A stretch of 64,000 bases of DNA, from assembly GCA_965237955.1 (NCBI GenBank), contig OZ250169.1, positions 1,184,001-1,248,000 on the forward strand, read 5' to 3'. The notes under the pieces were generated by a model. That model was not told where the DNA came from. It was given only the letters and a program-made list of their open reading frames with translations, and searched no databases. Below are positions 1-9,384 of this stretch, piece by piece (position 1 is the first letter of the stretch; every line of letters begins with the position of its first letter). Both the position numbers and the translations under genes were made by a program. This stretch comes from Candidatus Marinacidobacterales bacterium (GTDB lineage Bacteria; Acidobacteriota; Vicinamibacteria; Marinacidobacterales; SMYC01).

Positions 1-542
1 TCCAGGCGCTCGAGGTCATCAAGCTCGTGCTCGGGGCGGGCGATTCGATGATTGGACGGCTGCTCGTGTTCGACGCTCTCGCGATGCGCTTTCGCGAGCT
101 GCGCCAGCGCAAAGACCCTGAGTGCCCGCTGTGCAGTGAGACGGCCACGATCAAGGGGCTCATCGACTACGAAGAATTCTGCGGCATTCCTCAGGCGCAA
201 GAGGAAGAGAAGAGGAGCGGCCAAGTTCCAACAGTGACCGTGAAGGAGCTCAAGCGTCTTCTCGATGAGCACCAGGACGTTTTCGTGCTCGATGTCCGCG
301 AACCGCACGAATGGGACATCGCGCATTTGGAAGGAGCGACGTTAATCCCGCTCGGCCGATTGGCTCACGAAGTCCATCGCCTCGACTCCGCGGACGATAT
401 CGTCGTCCACTGCCGGAGCGGCGGGCGGAGCGCCGAGGCGACGAAGTTTCTCAGGGAGGCAGGCTTCGGCAAAGTGAGGAACCTCGCAGGCGGGATCCTC
501 GCGTGGGCTGATGAGATCGACTCGTCGATCCCGAAGTATTAG
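1..542 (+). CDS. moeB: MoeB/MoeZ molybdopterin-synthase adenylyltransferase with C-terminal rhodanese domain (5' partial)
   Basis: ThiF C-terminus 'RKDPECPLC...LIDYEEFCG' followed by rhodanese 'LDVREPHEW...VHCRSGGRS...NLAGGILAW'; frame runs off the window start. Confidence 0.9.
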   Translation, partial: QALEVIKLVLGAGDSMIGRLLVFDALAMRFRELRQRKDPECPLCSETATIKGLIDYEEFCGIPQAQEEEKRSGQVPTVTVKELKRLLDEHQDVFVLDVREPHEWDIAHLEGATLIPLGRLAHEVHRLDSADDIVVHCRSGGRSAEATKFLREAGFGKVRNLAGGILAWADEIDSSIPKY

Positions 543-554
543 AGGGCGGTGACG

Positions 555-610
555 CCCCCCTCACCCGATGTCGCTATCGCGACATCGACCTCTCCCCCAG
601 GGGGAGAGGG
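555..610. repeat. Double-hairpin REP-like palindrome / bidirectional terminator between convergent genes
   Basis: cgatgtcgc-tatc-gcgacatcg (566-587) and cctctcccc-cag-ggggagagg (589-609). Confidence 0.6.
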
Positions 611-612
611 TT

Positions 613-1792
613 TTACTGAGTCGCAACGCGGATGATGGCGGCTAGTCTTTGCTCTACGTCGTCCTCGGTGGTGGCCCAGGAGGAGACGCTGATGCGCATG
701 GCGGCGTTCCTTTCCAGGTCGTGCCGCTGCACCAGCACGTGCCGTCCTGTTGCACCGCCGTGATGACCTCCTGGGTGCGCTCGGCACTTCCGAAAGAAAC
801 GAGAACCTGATTGAGCACGACGTCGTTCAGAATCTCGAAACCGGCGTCCCTCAGTCCATCGGCAAAGCGTTGGGCGTAGCGGCAGTTTCGATCGACGAGG
901 TCCGCGAGACCGGAGCGACCCATCGACGCGAGCGCCGCCCAGATCTCGACGCCGCGTGCGCGGCGCGACGATTCCGGCGTGTAGTCGCACGGTTGGCGCT
1001 CGTAGCTCTCGGGGAGATAGGCGGCGGTGATCGATAGCGTGTTCCGTGCGGCGTCGGGATCGCGATAGAGCGCGAGACCTGCGTCGTAGGGAACGTTGAG
1101 CCACTTGTGGAGATCCGTCGCGATCGAATCCACGTTGGCAATCCCATCGACGAGATGCGCGTGCGTCGGCGAAGCTTTGGCCCAGAGACCAAACGCCCCA
1201 TCGACGTGTACCCACGTGTCGTGATCGCGCGCGATCTCCGTACCGATTTTATCGATGCGATCGAAGCTCCCCGTGTTGACGTTACCTGCCTGCAGGCACA
1301 CGATGCTCGGTCTGGATAGTTTCGGAATCGCATCGGCCTTCATCCGACCTTGATCGTCGACGGGTACTTTGGTGACGCGTTCGCGACCGAAACCGGCGAG
1401 CGCCAACGCTTGGAAAAGAGTCGTGTGTGCCTCCTCTCCAACGACGACTTGCACCTCGGGCGCGCCGAAGAGTCCGTTGGCCTCGACATCCCATCCAGCT
1501 CGTTTCAACACCGCGTGTCGTCCGGCGACGAGGCCCGAGAAATTTCCCATCGTCGTGCCGGTGACGAACCCGCCTCCCCACGTATCGGGGAGGTCGAGAA
1601 TGTCGCGGATCCAAGACAAAGCGACGTTCTCCAACGCCGCACTTCCTGTGGCGGCACTGGATCTTCAGGAAGCGGCACGCTGAGCTCGCTCAGCCGGGCG
1701 ACCGCGTCGTCGCCCGGCTGAACGGGTCGAATAGAAAGTGATTCGAGGTAGCGAACCGAGCGAGCGTGGGCGTCCGCAAGCAGCTCTTTCAT
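613..1792 (-). pseudogene. PLP-dependent decarboxylase (group II), internal deletion plus frameshift
   Basis: N-term MKELLADAH...PQEV joined out of frame at ~1640 to AALENVAL...; HVDGAFG and DLHKWLNVPYDAG motifs; C-term MRISVSSWAT in another frame after ~710. Confidence 0.85.
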
Positions 1793-2121
1793 GGCGCCGC
1801 GATTGTAGACAAAAAAGGGCCACACGGCCTTCCGGAGGGAAAGCGATGGGTTGAGAGACCGCGAGCGTCCGGCTACCGCTTGGATGCGTCTCGCTGTTTG
1901 TCGGGTTTTCCCGCCTTGGTGCGTGCCTGCTCGATCAGCCGCTCGAAGCGGCGCCTACGCTTGGCCCAGGCACCAGGGGGGCGTTTGGAGAACACATTGC
2001 TTGCGTACATTTCGGTTCCTCTTTCCGCGTTTTCGCCTTGTTTTTTGTTTTCGTTGTTCGTTAGTAAGACGACAGGAGGCGGAAGAAAGTTCCCTCGATT
2101 TTCGTTAAGCTCTCGTAAAAT

Positions 2122-2963
2122 ATGCGCGTTAGCTATGACGTCGTGCCCCGCCGGCCATTTTCGCTCGCCCGGACCGCAGCCCGTCTCGCCCGGTTTCCGG
2201 AGCTGGTGGACCGGTTTCGCGACGGGACGTACCAGCGACTTCTGTTTGTAAAGCGCGCGCCGGTGCTGATGACCGTCAACCAGGAGGGTCCTCCCTCGAG
2301 AGCTTCGCTTCACGTCACCCTCACCGGTGAGGTGGCACGCGCGCCCGAGGCGAAGCGCGACGCCGGTAACGTCCTGGACAAGGTGCTTGGTGCGTCGACG
2401 GACGTACGCCCGTTCTACCGCTCCTTCGGAAAGGACCCGTTGCTCGGTCCACTGATTCGCAGACATTCGGGCCTGCGTGTTGCGGGGCGGGTTTCCGTTT
2501 GGGAGACCCTGCTTCAGATTGTTTTGTCCCAGCAAATCAACCTGGCGCTCGCGCACGGTATCTTGTCGGATCTCGTCGAGAGCTACAGCCGCCGCGCGCG
2601 ATTCGACGGGGAACGCTACTACGCCCCCCCGACGACGCGCCGTTTTTCGAAACTCACCGTAAACGAGCTCCGTGAGCACCGCTTGAGCGGGTCGAAGGCG
2701 CGAACGTTGTTGGGTCTCGCGAAGGCGTTCGAAGCCGGCGATATCTCGGAGGCCATGTTCGAGGCGATGGATGACGAGAGCGCCGTCGAGTTTCTAACAT
2801 CGTTCAAGGGCGTCGGCCGATGGACCGCCGAGTTCACGCTTTTGCGAGGTCTCTCGCGTTTGGACGTTTTTTCCTGCAGGCGATCTCGGAGTTATCAAGT
2901 ATCTTCCTCAGAGATTGCTCGGTCGCAACAAGCCTACGAGCGAGGACGAGATGCGACGGTTTG
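2122..2963 (+). pseudogene. alkA: AlkA-family DNA-3-methyladenine glycosylase II, frameshifted and truncated by IS
   Basis: 'IVLSQQI', HhH 'KGVGRWTAE'; extra T in a T-run at ~2870 breaks 'DVFPAGDLG'; then abuts IS remnant. Confidence 0.85.
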
Positions 2964-3657
2964 CGCCGCCGGCGTCGTATGCGGTGTCAGCTCTGGCCGA
3001 TGAGATGGGACTGTCGATCTGTCCGACAAGCGATGCAACCCGCGATGAATCGCGGGCTCTTTTGCTCGTCAGCTCGCCGGCGACGACTTCGCCAGTCTGC
3101 TCGTCGACACACAGATGGAGCTTGCGATAGTCCCTGCTCTTTGGTGCTCTGCGCAGCTGGCCGGCGTGGACAGCGAGACCGCTGCTGTCGATCAAGATGT
3201 GCAACGGCGTCTTCTGCTTGTCTTGGTAGAAGGGGACCTTACCCAGCTTCGCCTTGCGCCTCGAGATCGTGGTGTGATCGGGCACATCATTGTCTAGCTT
3301 CATCAGAGCGAACAACGATCGCAGCAATCCCTCGCTCTGCCTAGATGACAGATGAAACACCATGCCCAGGGTGACAGCCGTCTCGATGGCGTGGTTCGAG
3401 TACTTGCGTTGACGGCCCGGTTTCCTCCTCCTCGGCCGGGGCGCGTCCCAGTTCACAAGCTTGCCGGCGGTGAGCGAGATCCAGACGGTCAGGCTCCCGC
3501 GGTTGCGTAGACCCGCCTCATATTCACGCCAATTCCTCACGCGATAGGCCTTCTTCACATACTTCCGCTGAGTGCGTTTGAAAATGCTCATGGGGAACCT
3601 CGAATCCGTGAGTAAAGGACAATTGTGGACCGAGATCGCGAGTTGTGCACCAAGGCA
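2964..3657 (-). mobile_element. IS5 family (IS903 group) element, truncated copy A
   Basis: Near-identical to the full copies; keeps the transposase 5'-side TIR (tgccttggtgcacaactc), lost the 3' third. Confidence 0.9.
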
Positions 3658-3979
3658 ACGAGAAGGCGCGTATCCGTGCGTGGTACGCTGTTTCTTCCTC
3701 GCCTTGGAGACTTTTTATCTCACCGTGCTCGTAGAGAAGCTCCGCGACGACGATACATTTGCCGGCATCGAGGCTGCCGCCGGGGCTGAAGAGGGTGAGG
3801 ATCTGATCGACAGGAATGGCAAGCAACGTTTCGACGTCGAGGCCTACGATGTTTTTGGCCGCCTCGGCGATGGCGAGCTCGGCTTCGTCGTACCGTTTGG
3901 CTTTCTTGAACGTGAGGACCGCGCCCAGGGTCTTGGCGAGCTGCTCGACGAGCCGGAGGATGTAGTCGCGCTGGAACAC
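3658..3979 (-). pseudogene. DUF6483-like small protein truncated by IS
   Basis: GTG start, 'FQRDYILRLVEQLAKTL' N-terminus; frame runs into the IS TIR. Confidence 0.55.
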
Positions 3980-3984
3980 GCCGT

Positions 3985-4120
3985 CTAGTGGGTCAACGCA
4001 TAAATAATGTAGTTGACGCCGAGTTTGTAGCCTTCGTTGGAGAGCTCGATGGGGTAGTACCCGTGTTCGGACCACTCCCAGTACTCGCCGATATCGTTGT
4101 TGAAGTTGGCGACCACTTGG
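3985..4120 (-). pseudogene. DUF4159-like protein, C-terminal remnant
   Basis: Manual translation: QVVANFNNDIGEYWEWSEHGYYPIELSNEGYKLGVNYIIYALTH*. Confidence 0.7.
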
Positions 4121-4686
4121 ACGCCGAGCCGCCGGCCGAGCTGGAGGTTGAGCTAGAACGAGCACTTCGCGAGCACGACACTGTGTTTCGAGACGAGCTC
4201 GCTCCGGACGCGCCCGAGCTCGCAATCGACGCGGCCCATTGGGGCGCCAAAAAGCTGTATCAATCGTGCCAGCTGCTGACGATGCGGGATGCGCCGCCGG
4301 CCGTCGCCCACGACACGCTCTTGGACCCGTACGATGGGCCTCGTGGGCCCGAAACGGAATACTCCGTCGATCTCACCCTCGCGTACTTGCCGAGTTTGTT
4401 CCACCTCGCTGAGCGGGTGGCGCCGGACGACCCCGTCCTCGACGCGGTGCGACAGCTCGCGTCGGAGTGGCCGCTTTCGTCCGTGGGGATTTCCGGCATC
4501 GATTGCCCGACTCGGTTGTTGTTTTGGGAGAATCACAGCCTGCGGACGCTCTACGTCGACCGCTTGCTCGAGACCCGCGACCTGACCCGTCTAGAGGATC
4601 CGCTCGTTGCGCGCACCACTCAAGCGGCGCTCGGTGCGTATCCCGAGCTCGAGCCCAAGATCATGGAGTTCCTGAACGCCTCATGA
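4120..4686 (+). pseudogene. MoxR-vWA-beta-propeller ternary system bpX4-like protein, 5' deleted
   Basis: 'AAHWGAKKLYQSCQ...YSVDLTLAYLP...DDP...WPLSSVG...LYVDR'; stop overlaps moxR start (ATGA). Confidence 0.7.
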
Positions 4687-5825
4687 CCGAATCCCTCGCT
4701 TACGGCAAGCGCTTGCGTGACGAAGTCCTCGAGCCGATGAAGATCGCTTTCGTAGCCAAGGACGAGATCATCGATCTGCTCGGCATTTGTCTCGTCGGCG
4801 GTCAGAACTTGTTCTTGCTCGGCCCTCCGGGGACGGCGAAGAGCCTGCTCGTGCACGATTTGAGCGCGAGGCTTCGGGGCCAAACGTTCGACTATCTGCT
4901 CACGCGGTTCACCGAGCCGAACGAGCTCTTCGGACCGTTCGACATTCGCAAGCTCAGGGAAGGCGAGCTCATCATCAACACCGAAGGCATGTTGCCGGAG
5001 GCGTCGCTCGTGTTCCTCGATGAGCTCTTGAACGCCAACAGCGCCATTCTCAACAGCCTGTTGATGGCACTCAACGAGCGTATCTTTCGGCGGGGCCGGG
5101 AGACGCGCGCGTTGAAAGCTCTCATGTTCGTGGGCGCGAGCAACCACACGCCCGAAGACGACGCGTTGAAAGCGCTCTACGATCGGTTCTTGATGCGAGT
5201 GCATTGCGACAACGTCGCCGAGGAACGGCTTCCCGAAGTGTTGCACGCAGGATGGAAGCTCGAGGCCGGCCGTCCGGCGGAAGCGGCGTTCGGGTTCGAC
5301 GAAGTCGAAGCGCTCCAGCGCTTGCTCCCGCTGGTCGATCTCGCACCGATTCAAAAACGCTACGTCGAGCTCGTGCACCGCATCCGTCAGGCCGGAATTC
5401 CCGTGTAGGACCGCCGTGCGGTGAAGCTCCAAAACGCGATTGCCGCGAGCGCGATCCTGTGCGGCCGGCTCGACGCGCGGATGACCGACCTGTGGGTATT
5501 GCGGTTCACATGGGAAACGGAAGAGCAGCAAGAAGTCCTCCGCGAGCTGGTCGAGCAAACTCTCAGAGATCTCGCGATGGACGAGGCCGACCACCCGCGG
5601 GCGCGTGCCGGAGACGAGCCCGACGCGGAAGAGCTCGCGCGCGAGCTCGCGGGGATCGCGCAGCAAATCGATCAGAATCAAAACTCCAGTGAAGACCGGC
5701 TCTATCTTCGAGACCGCCTCTCCATCCTCGACGGTCGTTGCCAGTGGGTGAGCGACACCGACAAACGGGAGCTTCTCACCGGGCAAGTTTCGGAGCTTTG
5801 GAAGAAACTCCCGGAGCTCGCCTAG
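4683..5825 (+). pseudogene. MoxR/RavA-type AAA+ ATPase with in-frame TAG at 5406-5408
   Basis: Walker A GPPGTAKS, 'LLTRFTEPNELFGP', Walker B VFLDE, 'ALYDRF'; frame continues after TAG as DRRAVKLQ (likely TCG>TAG). Confidence 0.9.
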
Positions 5826-5876
5826 CAGCATGCGTCTGCGAAAAGCGAAGAAAGAATCCACGCCGAAGGCGTTTCA

Positions 5877-5930
5877 CTTTGCGCCTTTGCGCCTTTGCGT
5901 TGTTTTTTGCCTTTGCTCTCTGCGGTGAAT
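5877..5930. repeat. Short 8-mer tandem repeat (ctttgcgc x3) with degenerate tail
   Basis: ctttgcgc ctttgcgc ctttgcgt ... ctttgctctctgcggtgaa in the moxR/bpX2 spacer. Confidence 0.6.
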
Positions 5931-5935
5931 AAGAA

Positions 5936-6675
5936 GTGCCGAGCTGGGCTTTGTCGTTGCGCCGGTCGCAGGCGAAGGCTCTTGCCAGACTCCACAACGT
6001 CGCCGACGTGCGTATCGGTGATTTGGGGGAGCTCGTGTGGGCGCGCGGCATCGGAACCGAGAGTGAAGTCGAGCACATCCTGACTCGGGTGCCGTCGAGT
6101 CGTTTCTTCGAAGTTGTGCATCACGACCGTTTGCGACCGAGAGGTCGACTGTTGCCGACCGCAAGGCTCCCGGACGTTCGCTGGGTACCGCTTCCAGAGT
6201 GGCTTTCCATCCGTATCCCAACTCCGGCGCTTCCGGGGGAGCTATCAGGTTCCGCCGAGCTTCGGCTCGTGGTCGACCACGCGGGCCCTACAGCGGATTC
6301 CGGCGAAGAGGTCTTCCTTTGCAAAGTCCAAGCGTTCCGAGAGTTTTTGCTGAGAAATCCTCTACACCGTCTCCGGCCGCTCCGTTTCGTCGTCAACGAC
6401 GCTCGTTCCGAAGTGCTCGTGCGCGGGAAACCGCTTCCCTCGTTCCGGGAGAGCGCTTCGTTCTCCAGGGCGGGATCGCTACTCCGGTGGGGCGAGCGTG
6501 GTCCCCACCGGTCGGCGCTAGCGTCATACGGGCTTGGCTTGGTTTGAGAGACGGCACGATGGCGCTTTGGCGAGCGGACGGCGCCGGTGGCGGCGGTGGC
6601 GGTGGCGGTATCAGTGAGATCGACGAGGATGCATTCGTTGCCGCGTCGCGGCGTGCTGGGCGGAAGCTTTGCTAG
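5936..6675 (+). pseudogene. Ternary-system bpX2-like protein, frameshifted at ~6443
   Basis: 'RLRPLRFVVN...VLVRGKPLPS' continues in another frame as 'VPGERF...PVGRAWSPPV'. Confidence 0.65.
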
Positions 6676-9374
6676 AGAGCCCGGATCCTAGAGAGCGGCT
6701 CTCGTACTTCGTGCCGTCTCCTTCGTCCCCATGGCAGTGGACCAGAGACGGGAGCGTCGTCGTCTGGTACGACGGCTCCACGGTAGCCTTTCGTGAGGAA
6801 GTCGAGTCGATCCTGCACGAGCTCGCCGCCGACGGTCTTCCTCCATTCGGCGGCATCGTGTTGATCCTGGCGGCGCTGAAAGGGAAAACGCTGGACGGAT
6901 CGTGGATGCTGGGACCCGCGGTCCTCGAAGAGGTCACGTCGCTCGAGGATGTCGGCGGTCTGAGGCGTCAGATGAGCGTCCGCATCGAAAAAGCACTCGA
7001 CGAGCTCGTGGATGTCGTCGCCACGTTGTCGCTCCAGAACATCCCGGCGCTACGCGAGCCCAAGGGCAAGGCTGCGCTCGCGGAGACTCTTCTCTCGGGT
7101 GAGCGTCGTATCTGCTCTCCCGATCAGGCGCGAAGTCTCATCGACGACTTGGAGTCTGGAGCGCTCGAAGGCACGGGGTGGATGCGGCCGTCGTGGCGCT
7201 CGGCGTCGCGACTTCTGAACGACGTCGAGGCTCTCGGGCGCGGATGGAAGCGCTTCGACGCCCGCTCGTTCATGTTGCGACTTCACTCGGGCCTGGACGA
7301 GCTTCCGCAAGAGCCCAAAACAGACGCGATCGCCGCGTCGGTGAAAGCACGGCGGCTCCTGGCCGAGCTCGAGAACGACGAAGGGTTTTCCGGTCTGGCG
7401 AAGCTGACGCGCAACCTGATGGCGGCGATCTACTTGCCTCATCGGGTGCTGCCCCGAGACGAAGCTCCGAGCGGGGGATTCGCAGATATCTCTAACCGTG
7501 GCTCGCTCGACCGGCTGCTTCTGAGTGAGTTGGCGCACGACGATTTGACCCTCGCGGTACGTGTGGCGTTGAACGAGGCGCTCTGCGTCAAGCGCGAGCC
7601 GCCGGGAGAAAAGCCCGAAGGTAGGTTCTCGGTGCTCTTGGACACCGGGCTACGGTTGTGGGGCGTGCCGCGCGTGTACGCCACCGCGGTGGCGCTCGCG
7701 CTCGTGGCGGTTCAATCGCGCAAACGAGAAGTCGCGATCTTTCGCGCGCGAGGTGCTCACGTCGAGGAAGTCGATTTGTTGACCCGCGAAGGGTTGACGG
7801 AGCATTGGGGGATCCTGGGAACGGAGCTCCATCCGGGACGCGCGCTCGCCGATTTCGTGTCACGGCAGAAGCGCGACGGTGGCGACGAAAGTGTCGTCGT
7901 CACCGAGGCCGACGCGGCCGACGATCCCGAGTTCCGTTGGTGCTTGCGCACGCAAGATCTCGAGAAGCTCTATCTCGCGACCGTTGCACGCTCGGGTCGT
8001 TTCCGCCTGCTCGAGTACCCTGGGCTCGATAGGAAACCGCTGTCGGATGCGACGCTCGACCTCGACGAGATCCTGCCGTCCGAACGTACTACGACCAGCC
8101 CCGTTCTCGATCCCAATTACGACCCCGACCTCCCGGTGATTCTGGCAGTGCGGCCTTTTCCGTTTCTGTTTCCAGTGCGCGGCCGGGTGCAGCACGTCGT
8201 CAACGACGCGAGCGGCGACGGAGTCTGCGCCATGCGCGACGGGCGCTTGCTCGTTTGGTCGGGACGAAAACACGGAGCCTGCCAGCTCACCGCGGAGCTT
8301 CCGCGAGGCAAGACCGTCCTCATCGAGAGAACCGAGAACGAGGTCATCCTCGTCAAGTTCCTCCACCAGAGTGTCCGCATCGTCACTGTGGGGGCGGGCG
8401 GTGATGTGGCAACGGTCGAAAGAGCGCTGACGTCTGACTTGCTGGGCGCGCGCTACGAGTCGGGCGCGGTGATCTTGATTTTTGCCGACGGCGTCGAGGC
8501 GCTCGATCCGCTGACGGGCGCGCTTATCTCCGAGGTCGATACCGGCGACAAGCTTTGGGCGCGCGGGCGGTATTTCGCCGGCAACGGCTGGCACGCGTTG
8601 ACGTGGGACGGATTGGCGCTCGCGCTCGTGCCGGTTCGCATCGAGCCGTTTGAGGGTTTTCAGCCGGAAGACGTCATTCAAGTCTTCGACAGCCTGGCGC
8701 ACGAGGGTCCGCTCGTCCTCGTGCGTGGACATGGCGTCAGGAGCGCGACCGGCGAGCTCTTGCTCGGAGGTGACGTCGCCTACGTTGAAGGTATCTCTGC
8801 CGACGGCAGTCGCGTGTTGGCGAACGCGGCCGACGGTTCGTATCTCTGTTTCGATCTCGAGAAGCGCAAATTGAGAAAACTGGCGGTGTCTCCTGGTCGT
8901 TGGCTCGACGCGCGCGCGGCTTACGTCCCCACGCGGAGTTTGAGGCGTCGTTTTACCCACGTGACCGCGACCATCGACGGACGGTTCGAGCTTCGCTCGC
9001 CCAAAGGCCAGTGGCTCGGGATGCATGTGCCCGGGCGCGGTGTGATCCATCTGACTCCGCGACAACACGGCGCGACAGGACCGACGGTCGGATTCGTTCC
9101 ACGACGGACGTCCAAGCGATTCGGCTGCGAGCTCGCCACGGCGACGTGGAACGACGGAACGCGCGCGTATTGGGATAGCCGCGGGCTGTTACATCTGAAG
9201 TCGAGCGATCCCGACATCGAGGAGGTGAGCCTGGTCGTAGGCGAGTGGGAGGTCGCCGCGTGGTGCTCGGACGGAACGATTTGCGGCCCGAAGTTTTTCA
9301 CCGGACGCGAAGATACGGAAACCGCCGAGAGCATGCTCGAAAAGATCGCGCGCATCGTGAGGCGGATCTCATGA
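6669..9374 (+). CDS. Ternary-system protein: bpX0-like N-term, vWA-like domain, beta-rich/bpX1-like C-term (901 aa)
   Basis: 'GLPPFGGIVLIL', 'GGFADISNRGSLDRLLLSELA', 'LLDTGLRLWGVPR', 'WDSRGLLHLKSSDP'. Confidence 0.75.
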   Translation: MLESPDPRERLSYFVPSPSSPWQWTRDGSVVVWYDGSTVAFREEVESILHELAADGLPPFGGIVLILAALKGKTLDGSWMLGPAVLEEVTSLEDVGGLRRQMSVRIEKALDELVDVVATLSLQNIPALREPKGKAALAETLLSGERRICSPDQARSLIDDLESGALEGTGWMRPSWRSASRLLNDVEALGRGWKRFDARSFMLRLHSGLDELPQEPKTDAIAASVKARRLLAELENDEGFSGLAKLTRNLMAAIYLPHRVLPRDEAPSGGFADISNRGSLDRLLLSELAHDDLTLAVRVALNEALCVKREPPGEKPEGRFSVLLDTGLRLWGVPRVYATAVALALVAVQSRKREVAIFRARGAHVEEVDLLTREGLTEHWGILGTELHPGRALADFVSRQKRDGGDESVVVTEADAADDPEFRWCLRTQDLEKLYLATVARSGRFRLLEYPGLDRKPLSDATLDLDEILPSERTTTSPVLDPNYDPDLPVILAVRPFPFLFPVRGRVQHVVNDASGDGVCAMRDGRLLVWSGRKHGACQLTAELPRGKTVLIERTENEVILVKFLHQSVRIVTVGAGGDVATVERALTSDLLGARYESGAVILIFADGVEALDPLTGALISEVDTGDKLWARGRYFAGNGWHALTWDGLALALVPVRIEPFEGFQPEDVIQVFDSLAHEGPLVLVRGHGVRSATGELLLGGDVAYVEGISADGSRVLANAADGSYLCFDLEKRKLRKLAVSPGRWLDARAAYVPTRSLRRRFTHVTATIDGRFELRSPKGQWLGMHVPGRGVIHLTPRQHGATGPTVGFVPRRTSKRFGCELATATWNDGTRAYWDSRGLLHLKSSDPDIEEVSLVVGEWEVAAWCSDGTICGPKFFTGREDTETAESMLEKIARIVRRIS

Positions 9375-9384
9375 GGTCTCTCCA

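Noticed and set aside
5406-5408. TAG in moxR (and TGA at 19911) as pyrrolysine or selenocysteine recoding
   Set aside because: Positions fit single substitutions of ordinary Ser/Arg codons; nearby genes are also broken and no recoding machinery is in the window
6580-6610. Poly-Gly GGC/GGT tract in the bpX2-like gene
   Set aside because: Short low-complexity linker with no evidence of function
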